From assembly GCA_964016885.1 (NCBI GenBank), contig OZ024741.1:104594001-104658000 (forward strand): 64,000 nucleotides of DNA. The letters are read 5' to 3'. The DNA is from Eledone cirrhosa. Its lineage: Eukaryota. Below the pieces are notes generated by a model that ran no database searches, was not told the origin of the DNA, and was given only the letters and a program-made list of their open reading frames with translations. Both the position numbers and the translations under genes were made by a program. The stretch's first letter is position 1. The number at the start of each line of letters is the position of its first letter. Of this stretch, positions 12,971-25,130 are shown in pieces.

Positions 12971-13740
12971 AGAGTTCTATTTAAATTGTTGGGATACAAC
13001 AAGCAAATATTTTTATAACTGATATAAAGCACTCAACAAATATTTGGAGTAAAAATACGATATTAACAAATGGAAACTATATTTATAAAACCATATTTAT
13101 TTCATTATACATATTTCAAGGACACCAAGTTAAATTATGGTGTGCTTTCATCAGATAAAATATAATATAGATCAGTTTTATAAATAAATATTGACATACC
13201 CTTACTGTTGGAAGCTCCCGGATAGTGGAGTTATAGCGTTAATTATTAGTATTGGATATTTTTAAAATAAGCCGTTGGGTTACGGAGAAATAGAAAGACA
13301 AAGAAGGAGAGAGAGCGGAATAAAGAGAGAGAGAAATATGGAGAGAGAGAGGAGACGGAAAAATGAGAGAGAACGAAAAACTCTAAGTCATATCTTGTTG
13401 AGTTAACTTAACAATTGAGATGAAATGAATAAATAAAAATTAATCATGAATGGAATATACATATATAATATGAGAAATTTAACCATTGTTTAAATATGAT
13501 AAGATGTTTGGTTAATCAGTTAAATATTGAGATCAATATATTAAAAATTGGGATCTATATATTAAGAAATCCATATTTAAAGATCTATATATTACATAAC
13601 ATATACACACGTAAAAAATACGTACATATAAATATATATACACACTTATAAAAATACATATACATATCTAACTACGTATATAACATACATACAAAATATA
13701 AAGGATTCTTTAATTTAAGTTAAGATATAGGAATCTTATA
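12968..13740 (-). mobile_element. Family-B PLE 3' UTR/pLTR fragment
   Basis: 12968-13200 is near-identical (reverse complement) to 61135-61350; on the minus strand a pyrimidine tract lies upstream of the HHR; abuts (TA)n. Confidence 0.7.
13098..13162 (-). ncRNA. Type I hammerhead ribozyme, family B
   Basis: Minus strand: TATTTTAT CTGATGA AAGCACACCA..TGGTGTCCTT GAAA TATGTA TA ATGAAATA. Confidence 0.85.
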
Positions 13741-13893
13741 AAATGTTAAGGGGAAATTTTATGTTATACACACTTTATGTTATTAAACAAAATTTATATA
13801 AGTTTTATAAGATTACCTGTTATGCATTTATGGCAGTTATTATATGTCTTTTTGTCACGAATCTTGGGGTAATCACTATACATAAGTGCGATC

Positions 13894-13922
<29 letters not shown>

Positions 13923-13925
<3 letters not shown>

Positions 13926-14645
13926 AATGGAATAGAATGAAACGAAATTTCATTTCTCACTCTTAGTACGGCACTTACTTAAATGTAAGTATGTATGTAT
14001 ACGTACATACATATATGTATACAGACGTACAGTAGCATGCATATATATACATACAGGCACACATATATATATATATGCACGTATCAGTTTACCGAACATT
14101 TATTATAATGCTCGGTTTGTTCGTTTGTAAACAAACAAACAGCCTGAATTACGCCGTACAGTGTTTAGGCAACCACGTCACCTTTTTGTTCAACACTGAC
14201 ACAGGAACGATGTACTAGTTTCAAGCTTATTAGCTATCGTCAGCACCGTATACCTTTCTGCCAGATGGTTGAACGTCCGAAAGTATATACTTTCCTTATG
14301 AAAATTAACGGCTGAGCAGCCTAATTTGCATATCGAGTGAGTTCAGTCGGCCAGGCGCACCGAAAACGATAAATGGAATAGAATGAAACGAAATTTCATT
14401 TCTCACTCTTAGTATGGCACTTACTTAAATGTAAGTATGTATGTATACGTACATACATATATGTATGTATACAGACGTACAGGCAATTCAGGCTGTTTGT
14501 TTGTTTACAAACGAACAAACCGAGCATTATAATAAATGTTCGGTAAACTGATACGTGCATATATATATGTGTGCCTGTATGTATATATATACATGCTACT
14601 GTACGTCTGTATACATATATGTATGTACGTATACATACATACTTA
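13923..14645 (-). mobile_element. Family-A ORF-less HHR element: 446-bp unit, partial tandem copy and inverted fragment
   Basis: TGGAATAGAATGAAACGAAATTTC at 13928 and 14374; 14485-14645 is the reverse complement of about 13985-14150; flanked by (TA)n. Confidence 0.8.
14207..14249 (-). ncRNA. Minimal type I hammerhead ribozyme, family A
   Basis: Minus strand: ACGGTG CTGACGA TAGCTAATAAGCTT GAAA CTAG TA CATCGT. Confidence 0.85.
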
Positions 14646-14647
14646 TT

Positions 14648-14744
<97 letters not shown>

Positions 14745-14759
14745 GTTTCTACTTTAGGC

Positions 14760-15160
14760 ATATTAAAATCCAAAAATAAACTACTTAACGATAGAATCGA
14801 ACGATCATTATACTGCAACCAAAAACCCCTACCATAACATTTTGATTAAGATATCTACAAACCACTCTCTCCAACCCCTGCATATCTTTCTCTCTCTCTC
14901 CCTCTCCCCTACTTTTCTCTCTTCCTTTTCTACTCTATCTTCTCCAATAACCTCACTTAAGGCTATTCACATTGTACATTTTAACCATTCTGCTCTGATG
15001 ATACAGTGGTCACACACAGCATTTGATATTTGAGTTCTGCAAATAGTTGAAAATTTGCACATAGCATAACTAGGCTGTATTACCACCGTGGAAACATTTG
15101 TAAGCACACGGAATAAATTACCTTTTTTATGATGTCTACCTGTTATTATTCATTCTTTAT
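14760..15160 (+). mobile_element. PLE 3' fragment (ORF C-terminus, pyrimidine tract, HHR)
   Basis: [19 protein letters not shown] resembles the C-terminus ILKSKNSLNLRTNLFSCC of the PLE ending at 16867. Confidence 0.6.
14987..15114 (+). ncRNA. Type I hammerhead ribozyme with long branched stem II
   Basis: Stem I TGCT/AGCA plus ATTC/GAAT; CTGATGA 14995-15001; stem II TACAGTGGT/ACCACCGTG, ACAGC/GCTGT, TGCAAAT/ATTTGCA; GAAA 15091; stem III ACATTTGT; GTA site. Confidence 0.75.
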
Positions 15161-15165
15161 ATATT

Positions 15166-15236
<71 letters not shown>

Positions 15237-15238
<2 letters not shown>

Positions 15239-16867
15239 CATACGTTAAGACGGGCGTTCTGACCTGGGTAAACTTAGCAAGAACATTCTAGACAGAGTGA
15301 TACAGCAAATTAAGGACTTGAATTGTTTACCTGGCTTGACCTTGTGGAAGGGAACTGGGGAGGTCATTGAGTGGTTTAATGAAATTAAATATAACAATAA
15401 TAATAAATTTATTCAACTAGATATTGCTAACTACTATTCATCCATTACCCCTAATCTACTTAATAAGGCACTAAATTACGCATTCAAGCATACAGACCTA
15501 ACTAGCAATGAAATGCACATTATATTATCGGCAAGGAAAACTTTGATAGAATTTAATAATGGACTAGGGCAGATAGAGATAATAATTTTGACATTACTAT
15601 GGGATCATCAGACTCAGCTCAGGTAACGGACCTTGTGGGCCTATTTATAATTAATTCGCTGCATAGGAAAATACCCGGTGTTACCGGAGGTTTATATAGA
15701 GATGACATGCTTTTACTTATTGAAAATAATAACTCTGAACTAAATAAGAAAAGAAAACAAATTATACAATTTTTTAATTACCTTAATCTAAAAATAGAAA
15801 TTGAGAATAACCATAGAATAGTCAATTTCCTAGACGTAACATTTAATCTCAACACATGTCTTCACTATCCATTTCACAAGTTAAATGAAAACTTGAATTA
15901 TGTCAATTTTAGCTCCAATCACCCCAGATCTGTCAAAAATACTATAGTGAACTCTGTTCAAAAACGTATCTCTAGAATCTCTTCCAATAAAAATATTTTT
16001 GACGAAAAAGCCCAGTATTATAATGAAGCTTTAGCTAGAGCAGGATATAGTGATACAATTATGTACATCGATAATAGACAAACTAACCAAAATAACAACA
16101 ATTTTAATTACAGTAACAACTTTAACAACTATAATAGAAAGCACTACAATAATTTCAAAAACCAGAAAAGAAATAGAACTAGAAATATAATATGGTTTGC
16201 CCCCCCCCCCCCTTTCTCACTAAACATTAAAACCCACATCGCTAAACTATTTTTTAATGCTCTTGACAAACGCTTCCCTAGAACACATAAGTATCACTCA
16301 ATTTTTAATAGACATACTATAAAATTAACGTACTCGTCCACCAAAAATTTAGCACAAAATATTAATAGAATAAATAATAGGAATCTAAAACCTAGCCAAA
16401 ATACCGAAAATAGCCTAAACAATATTCAACTAAAAAACTGTAACTGTAGAGATAGATCTAAATGTCCGCTAAATAACAATTGCTTAGTTAAAAATATAAT
16501 ATACAACTGTAATGTTAGAACTGATTTAAATTCTTTTAATTATGTTGGTTCCACCTCGACAGAATTTAAACTTCGCTATAATAATCACAAAAATTCTTTC
16601 ACGGATCCAAATAAAAAATCCTCAACATCGCTGTCAGGGTTACTCTGGCAACTTAAGCATGATAAAGTTGGATATTCGATGGTTTGGAATATAGTCTCAA
16701 AAGGGATTCCTTTTAATTCCTCTTCTGAGACATGTGACCTCTGCGCGGAGGAGATATTCTTTATACTAAAATCTAAAAATTCCCTTAATTTACGAACCAA
16801 TTTATTCAGCTGTTGCAGACATAGATTGAACTCAACATTTAAATATAAATATAAATTTAAAATGTAG
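15237..16867 (+). mobile_element. Penelope-like element (Naiad-like) RT plus GIY-YIG, 5'-truncated, one frameshift near 15560
   Basis: FIQLDIANYYSSI, MGSSDSAQVTDLVG, GLYRDD, NFLDV, CNCR..CPL..C, NIIY..YVGST..FK.RY.NH..SF, CDLC.EE, CRH C-terminus. Confidence 0.92.
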
Positions 16868-18086
16868 TATAAAATGTAGTATATTTACTTAAGGTATTTG
16901 ACTATTTATGAAACTTGGCGATAAATCTTTCGATTCCTTCAATTTTTTTTAAAACCTTTCTGCATGAATATATAATTAATGAGATTAAATAAACTACCCT
17001 AAAATTGGCGTTGTTCCCAATCTTTTGAATAAATTTTTAAGCTGGATAAACTTCTATAATAAATATAAGAGCATTTGTAGAATAAGTTTTGAATGATTTC
17101 TGCTAAATAAGGCTTGGTGAACAATTTTGGTTTTGTTTGCTTTTGATTCTGATTCTATGTGACCGATATGCGTGGCATACTATGTTCTCTTGCGTCCCTA
17201 GATACTCTGTGGATTGACGAAGATATTCTTGGCGTTTTTAATTTTAATATTGATATCTGTTGTCTACTCTATGCTTGATCGATGATCATGCAAGTGAGGC
17301 TGGAATGTTATTTTAGATGTTAATGTATATCTTATATATTTTGTGTCTATATATATGTATATATGTATGTAAATGTATGTAGGGTGGAATCTTTTGTAAC
17401 GCATTGAAGTTTTTCATGAAATATAAGAATCTGTGCAGCGTATCACGTAGGTTCACATGTGCGTCTATATTTATCAACTTGAATTTGAGATAACCTTCTC
17501 TTTTCTCTTTTTTTTTCACGAGAATGCATATATACTTATGTTTGAAGTTTTATCTCAGATTTTGCTTATAGACCTAAGAATTTTTAAACTGAGCATGTGG
17601 TCATTTTTTCACACATTATGGATATGTGTCTCATTCATGAATACTGATATTTACATTATAATACCTAATTCATAAAAATTGATAATTCAAATGGATGAGA
17701 CATAATATATTTTTAATATATTTTAAATATATCATCTTTCTTTCTTTTTCTCCAATACACTAGTTTAACTGTATCCCTTCCCTTAACCTCTCATATATAC
17801 GATGATCATCTGTCCAAAAGCAGCCTACTATATTTTTTCACCTCCTCAATGTATTTCTCTCTCCCATATCTCCTTGTCTCTCTATCTCGCTCCGTTGTTT
17901 TTCTTTACATACATCTCTTCATCTTCTTTTTTTATTTACATACATCTCTTCATCTTCTTCTTCTCATCTTCGTTTTTCTTTCTATATAACTGTCATAACA
18001 GTTTCACTACCAAATCAACTTTTTAAATGGAAGTTGCATTATTACAAGGTATGTCACTAATTATTTATAAAACAGCTTATGTATTG

Positions 18087-18152
18087 TATTTTGTCTGAGG
18101 AAGGAATACCATATTTTTAATATGATATCCCAGAAATATATATAACGAAATA
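18087..18152 (+). ncRNA. Type I hammerhead ribozyme, family B variant
   Basis: TATTTTGT CTGAGGA AGGAATACCATAT..ATATGATATCCCA GAAA TATATA TA ACGAAATA; G-C replaces the A-T pair of other family-B copies in stem I. Confidence 0.82.
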
Positions 18153-18232
18153 AATATGGTTTTATAAATATAGTTTCCATTTGTTTAATATCGTATATAT
18201 ATATATATATATATATATATAATCATCATAGT

Positions 18233-18533
18233 GGAGGCACATGGCTTAGTGGTTAGAGCATTGGCCTTGCAACCGAAAGGTTGTGAGTTCAATTCTCAGA
18301 CCGGGTGATGTGTTGTTTCCTTGAGCAAGACACTTTATTTCACATTGCTTCAGTTTACTCAGTTGTAAAGTGGTCGTGGAGGTGCCACGGCAAAAAAGCA
18401 CCCAGCACTCACTGTAAATGAGGTTGGTGTTAGGAAGGGCATCCAGCTGTAGAAATCAAGCCAGAATCAGTTCCCGTCCCATCCTTGCAAGCAGGGAAAA
18501 AGCGGACGTAAAATGAAATGATGATGATGATGA
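18233..18533 (+). mobile_element. tRNA-derived SINE family A with RTE-like 3' tail; other copies 20846-21186(-), 35944-36291(-), 49362-49714(+)
   Basis: A-box TGGCTTAGTGG, B-box GAGTTCAATTC, CCTTGAGCAAGACACTT core, tail GTTAGGAAGGGCATCCAG..GGACGTAAAA(TGA)n shared with the local RTE. Confidence 0.88.
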
Positions 18534-18544
18534 TATATATATAT

Positions 18545-20545
18545 CAGGATCGCAAGATAGAAAAGAAGGTAGCATGGAAGTGCCACTATGAAACATTACT
18601 GAATGAGGAAAATGCATGGGAAGAATCAAGTTTGTCACAAGTCGACCAAAGAGAGGGTCCAACTATACAAATTAGCAGTAGTAAGTAAGGTAATCAAGGA
18701 TATGAAGTCAGGCAGGGCAGCTGGTCCCTCAGAGATAGTTGCTGAGATGTTGAAAGCTTCAGGTATGGTGGGCTACACCATAGTCTTCCACATTGTAAAT
18801 CAAGTTATACAAAGTGGTATTATACCCAATGACTGGTGTAGCAGTATCATGATAAACTGATACAAGGGCAAAGGTGATGTTTTAGATAGAGAAAACTATA
18901 GAGACATTAAGTTAGTTTACCAGGTTATGAAGGTCTCTAAAAGAGTCATAGCTCAGCTGATTAGGGACCGAGTTAAATTTGTTCCAGGTAAACGTACCAC
19001 AGATGCCCTCTTCCTTGTAAGACAACTGCAGAAGTACCTAGCTAAGAATATCCCCCCACTTGGCTTTCGTAAACCTTTTGACAGAATCGCTGTTCCATTA
19101 TCTGGTGGGCTCTTAGAAAACTAGGAATTGATGAATGACTTGTAAAGGCAGTACAAGCCATGTATAGAAGAACAGTCAGAATTAACAATGACTATAGTGA
19201 AGAATTTAGCATGCAGGTTGGTTTCCCTCAGAGCTCAATTCTTAGCCCTCTTCTGTTTATTATCATTCTGCTGGCAATAACAGATGAGTTTAAGACTGGC
19301 TGCTCATGAGAACTCCTGTATGCTGAATTAGAGAAAGAATTCCAAATAGGGAAGCATAGCCTAGAATCAAAAGGTCTTAAAGTCAACTTGGCAAAGACTA
19401 AAGTCCTAGTAAGTAGAAGGGAAAAAAGGGCCCAGATCTCCTCTGGGAAATGGCCCTGCTCAGTGTACAGAAAAGGAGTAGGTAGAAATTCCATTCTATG
19501 TCTCATATGCAAGCAATGGGTACACAAGATATGTAGTGGGATCTCAGGCAGGTTAACAAAGAATGTAGGTTTTAAATGTAGCCAGTGCACAGGGGCAGCA
19601 AGTAGCAAGAGCCCTGAGGATACCATCACCTTCAAATGTCCAGAGGCCTCGGTAGAAGTGGTAGATAGTTTCTGTTATCTGGGTGACCAAATCAGCAGTG
19701 GGAGAGGGTGTTCTGAAAGCACAGTAACCAAAGTGATATTGAGTTGGAGAAAGTTCAGGGAGCTACTACCGCTGCTAACTACAAAAGGTTTTTTCCTCAA
19801 AATGTAAGGTAGTCTGTATGATGCATGTATACGAACAACAATGTTGTACAGTAGCAAGACCTGGGTGCTATGTGCTGAGGATCTGCAAAGATTGGAAAGA
19901 AATGAAGTCTCCATGCTTCAATGGATGTGCAATAGCAATATACGTGAACGGCAAAGCATAAACATACTGCATAAGAAATTAGACATAAGAGGGACCAGAT
20001 GCAATGTACAGGAGAGGAGATTGCGTTGGTATGGATATGTGATGCATATGAAGGATGACAGCTGTATAAAAAGTTGATGGTAGCCATGGAGTAGGCAGGT
20101 CTAGGAAAATTTAGGATAAGTTAATAAAAGCTGACCTTGCACAATTACACCTCACCAAGACGATGACGCAGGACTGCGACCTCTGGCACTATGCAGTACT
20201 ATAGAAGACCCACCCTTCCATATGCTTGAGCCGAGGCATGTATCTAATAGGCAACACCTTCTTCTACTATTTTCTCTCCCATACACCTTCCTTGCTGTAA
20301 CTGTCCCTATTACCTATGTCCTCAATTTCCCCAACCCTCCCTAGTTCCCACCCAAGACTATGAAGTGGTCGTGTAGGTGCCACGACAAAAAGCATCCAGC
20401 ACACACTGTAAATGTGGTTGGCGTTAGGAAGGGTATCCAGCTGTAGAAACGAAGCCAAAATCAGCCCTGTGTGAATGCAACAAGGTCCTCTGACCTGATC
20501 TCTCTGAAAGGGTCAACCCATCCTACTCATGCTAGCGTGGAAAGT
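18545..20545 (+). mobile_element. Degenerate RTE LINE copy
   Basis: Fragmented ORFs homologous to 5053-6540 (GPSEIVAEMLK, GKWPCSV, RRLRWYG) with stops and frameshifts; 3' tail present. Confidence 0.9.
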
Positions 20546-21714
20546 TTTCTGAGCCCACCAGATAATGGAACAGAGACTCTGTCAACAGCTTTCACCAGGT
20601 TTACGAAAGCCAAGTGGGGGAGGGGTATTCTTAGCTAGGTAATGATGATGATTATATATATATATAAAAGGTAAACAGAAATAACAACACAATTGGTACA
20701 GTATGTGGAAGGAGTATATTAGGTTAATGCTTGAAATAGCAGGAAGAGGTGGATTTTCACTCTGAAACTGGATATAAACCCAGAGTTTACCTGAACTTCC
20801 ACCAGGAAATCTTTTCATGTCACTGAAATTTTTTTTACTTCTTATATCATCATCATCATCATCATTTTACGTCCACTTTTCCCTGCTTGCAAGGGTGGGA
20901 CGGGAACTGATTCTGGCTTGATTTCTACAGCTGGATGCCCTTCCTAACACCAACCTCATTTATATTGAGTGCTGGGTGGTTTTTGCCGTGGAACCTACAC
21001 GACCACTTTGCAGTGGAATGATATGGACCCCAGTCCCTATCATCTCATTTCTACAGCTGAGTAAACTGGAGCAATGTGAAATAAAGTGTCTTGCTCAAGG
21101 AAACAACACATCACCCGGTCTGAGAATTGAACTCACAACCTTTCGATTGCAAGGCCAATGCTCTAACCACTAAGCCATGTGCCTCCATATATATTGGAAA
21201 ATGTGAGATCCTTGGTACAGTTAGGTATATTTGAAAAAAAGGAAATGAATGACTTCACTTGTAGAGTTAAAAAATTTTGATTTAATTTTATAATATTATG
21301 AGTTGGTAGATCTAGTAAGTTCTTTGTTAACTTCGGTGGGAAGAATTTTAAAGATTCCTGGTTAACTTGGGCTGGAGAACTTTCTCGCATTCGTCTGTGG
21401 CAATTGTCAAACTGAGATCAGGTGGTGTTGAGATGTGTGACTATATATGAGAGAGATTTGATATGACTTTTCAATCCACTAACTGAGGTATATTCTTTTC
21501 CACACTCCCTGCAAACAGGAATGCTACAATGCATAGTTAACAGGGTCCTTGTGCATGTGGCGTTTTAGATGACTTTTAAGGCCTGCTTTACTTAGACATA
21601 ACTGACCACATTCTTTACTCGTCAAATTGACCTATATGTCAAGATACAGGCAAACTGACCTCAAGGTCTTTATGAGCACACTGCTTGAGCTGTTCATGCT
21701 CAACATGGTTTCTT

Positions 21715-22885
21715 TCAAATTCTCTCCTCCCAAGTGTCATTAAATAGTGCTGTTGCACATCCAGTTGCAACCTTTTCTGGGTGTTTCTTTTGAATAAAGT
21801 CTGAAAGTTTCTCCCACATTCCCAATATTTTCTTTATCTCACTTGTACAGATAACCTCCTCCACATCACCTATTTTCTGCAAAACCTTTGTATGCTGCTG
21901 TGTCTGTAGCTCCTTTAGCTCCTCCATTGTCAATTCCTCAGAGTGCTCCTCAATGAGCTCATTGATCTCACATTCATCCATGTCCAGGCACATGGACTTG
22001 CTGAGGGATACAATCTCCTCCATCACTGCTGCTTTGGGTTTGAGTCTTTCAGAGTCTGTTTCAGACACAACCTCAGGCCACAGCTTCTTCCATGCAGAGG
22101 TCAAGGTCCTGCCAGGCCATATTGATAATTCTGAGGCATATCATGATGTTATAGTGGTCCTTCCAGAACTATCAAAGGGTGAGGTTTGTGCTCTCCATCA
22201 CCTCAAACCAGCAGCGGATAGGTGCTTCGTGAAGAGCTTCTTGAAATTAGAAATCACCTGCTGGTCCATGGGCTGCAGGATAGGGATGGTGTTGGGAGGA
22301 AGGTAGAGAACCTTAACTCTTCGAGGATGTCATCTTCGAGGTTAGGTGGGTGAGCAGGTGCATTGTCCAGGATGAGAAAGGCTTGCAGGTGTAGATTTTT
22401 TTCCTTGAGATATTTCTTAAAGTCAGGACCTAAGACCAAATTCATCCACTCCACAAAGAACTGCCTGGTGACCCACGCCCTCGGGTTTGCCCTCCACATA
22501 ACCTGCAGTTTTTCTCTCAGAATCTTATATGACTTAAAGGCTCTGGGATTTACTGAATAATAAATGAGCAGTGGCTTAATCTTGCTGTTGCCGCTTGCAT
22601 TGGCACACAGTGCAACGGTTAGCATATCCTTCATGGCCTGGCATCCTCTCCTCCTCTGCTGTTATATAAGTCCTCCTTGGCATCTTCTTCCAAAAAAGTC
22701 CTGTCTCATCACAGTTGAAGACTTGCTGGGGGATGTATCCTTTGGCTGATATAATTCTGGCAAAAGGTTTGAGGTAATCCTCTGCCTTCATATCCACGCT
22801 CGCTGCCTCACCATGCTTTACATGGAGTGAATGCCAGTCCTCTTTTAAAAATTCTTGGACCAGCCCCGACTGGCTTTAAACACTT
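21715..22885 (-). mobile_element. Tigger/pogo DDE transposase remnant
   Basis: FKASRGW, QVFNCDETGLFWKKMPRRTYI, LCANASG..KPLLIY, AWVT, LILDNAPAHP, AWKKLWP; frameshifted. Confidence 0.9.
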
Positions 22886-22997
22886 CAGTATACAGAGTAG
22901 AGCACCTGAATTATGCAGATGGGTCTGTTTACTCCGAAGTATATTCATAAATATGAAGTACAAGTCAACTGGTTAAAATTAACTTTGTTTATTTATA

Positions 22998-23062
22998 GTT
23001 GCTGTTATGTATATTTCGGTGATAACCATTATACAACCACTATGACCTCATCAGACAGCTAC
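22998..23062 (-). ncRNA. Type I hammerhead ribozyme (isolated)
   Basis: Minus strand: GTAGCTGT CTGATGA GGTCATAG..TTATCACC GAAA TATACA TA ACAGCAAC; canonical G-C at the base of stem II. Confidence 0.8.
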
Positions 23063-24759
23063 AATTTGAACATAAAAATCAGAAAAACAAAGATGAAATA
23101 AAGTTTACTTCTGTTGTTTCAATTCATTGATATACTCTGAGCTGAAGTTTGGTGTTGCTTTCTCAAGATGGTTGTGCTGATGATACAACAAAAAGCATCT
23201 AATCCGCCATGTAAGGTGGTCATGATAGTGACACAACAAAAAGCACCCAGCCTCCCTGTAAGGTGGTCATGCTCGTGACATGACAAAAGCACCCAGTCCA
23301 CCCTCTTAGATGGTCGGATCAGTGTCATGATAAAAAGCACGCACTTCACACTATAACATTGTTGGCATTAGGAAGAGCATCCAGCCATAGAAACCAAGCC
23401 AAAATACATGACATGGTCTCAAAATGTGAATACTCATATAATGAGTGGGTATGTGAATTAGTACAAAATGAAGGGGAACAAATTTTCCATTTAAATTTCC
23501 TTAATTCTGTTTTTATTTTTGGTAAATTCCTTTTTTTACCATTTTATTGTATTTCAAGGGTATATTGCAATAAATTGTACTATAAATATCAAAAACAGGG
23601 AAAACAAAATTGTTGTCTTAGAGGATCATATTAACCGTTTGGTTGGAATAATAGGATTTGGTTAAATATACATGTTAGATGAAAATAGATGTGGAAATCA
23701 AACACTTACCTCATTTTTTATGAAGATTAATACGTTTTGTAAATGGATTTATCTGCAATGTAGATCAGAGTGGAATTATATCAAAAATAAATAAATAAAT
23801 GAAATAAATAACATTACTATTAACGATGATTAGGTTCATGAGCATGGCATCACATGTTCTCATTTATCTGATGTGTGGAACATAACTTAAAATATAAAAT
23901 ATGATGGAAGATTTTTTGATAAACACTTTAAAATAAAAAAGTTTTGTATTAGGGTTAGTTACAGGCAGTTTGGTATCAAAAGGCCTCAAAACAGTAAAAG
24001 TGAAACAATTAATTGGCAAGATAGAATCATTACATTAGGCTTAGATAAATCTGGTTTTCTATTGCAGCTTGAAATCAGTAATGGCAAAAGACCAGACAGC
24101 ATCACAATGTTCTTGTTTTACGGTGATAAATCTCTTATCTGAAATATGACCAACAGCGATATCTTTTCCAGTAGCTAACTGGCGAAAGCAGTATCATACC
24201 TCATACCATGGAGTTCAAAATGAAAGGTTTAATAATCTGGAATAAAATACATCCCTGTCAGTATCAATCAAATAACCAAGTCATGAAATTGACATTGTGA
24301 TCACTAAGCATATCACACACATTTACTCTGAACTCTTTAGCATTTACATTACTCTATATATACTATTATATTTTCACAGTAAAAACTTTACCTTACATAA
24401 TTATCTCACATAATATCGAATCTATGAGATTTTGATACTATTTATTTTGAGAACAATACCTTAACATCAGTATGAGCAGCCAGTTACAGCTGGTTTGAAC
24501 AGAAAAAGGTGAGAAAATTCTGGCTGGATACAGCCAGTTTAAAGGAAGAATCAGTGTAGTAGTGTGTGTGATAAGTTTGGGCCTTTCAATTACAGGTAGT
24601 CTATCCAACAAGCTTCCAAACAGTTTTCATCTACCCAATGTTTAAGATGTCACATGGTAGGATTGATCAAGACCTTATGATTGCAAAGTTAACTTCTTAA
24701 ACATTCAGCATCCACGTTAGATAATCTAATAATGCTATTAACTATTTCCACTATATATA

Positions 24760-25130
24760 TATAATTTAAAACTACTAAACAACAGACAACAGCCAGCTGG
24801 AGAAGCTACTAAAGTTGCACATAATTATTGCAGAGCTATCAAAATGAGTATAATGTTACATAAACATGCCAAAGCTAATCTAAGTAGAGGCACATTAATC
24901 AAAACTCAAAATATATATTTATATTTAGATTGTGAAACTAGAGAAGGAGAATCAGCCATTACAAGTATTTAGAAGATGTAATTGATAAAGGAAGGGGAAA
25001 TGTATAAAAGAATTTTACAGATGAAACAGAAAATCTAACTGGATATCAAGGAAAAATTGCTGTAGATATAAAAAAGTAGTTATTGGAAACTGTAAACTTT
25101 AGCTTCAATATAATGCCAATATTCTCAGAG
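24760..25130 (+). mobile_element. Highly decayed RT fragment, possibly R4/Dong-like LINE
   Basis: Broken frames give NLKL, QLEKLLK, HAKANLSRG.LIKTQNI and YKYL, resembling the region after YxDD. Confidence 0.35.

Noticed and set aside
18233-18310. tRNA gene
   Set aside because: A/B boxes continue into a multi-copy SINE body with no complete cloverleaf.
23710-24235. Possible minus-strand host exons (GAG/GTAAGT donor at 23710; protein-like stretch at 24057-24190)
   Set aside because: Stops in all frames and no recognisable homology; could at most be UTR or non-coding exons.
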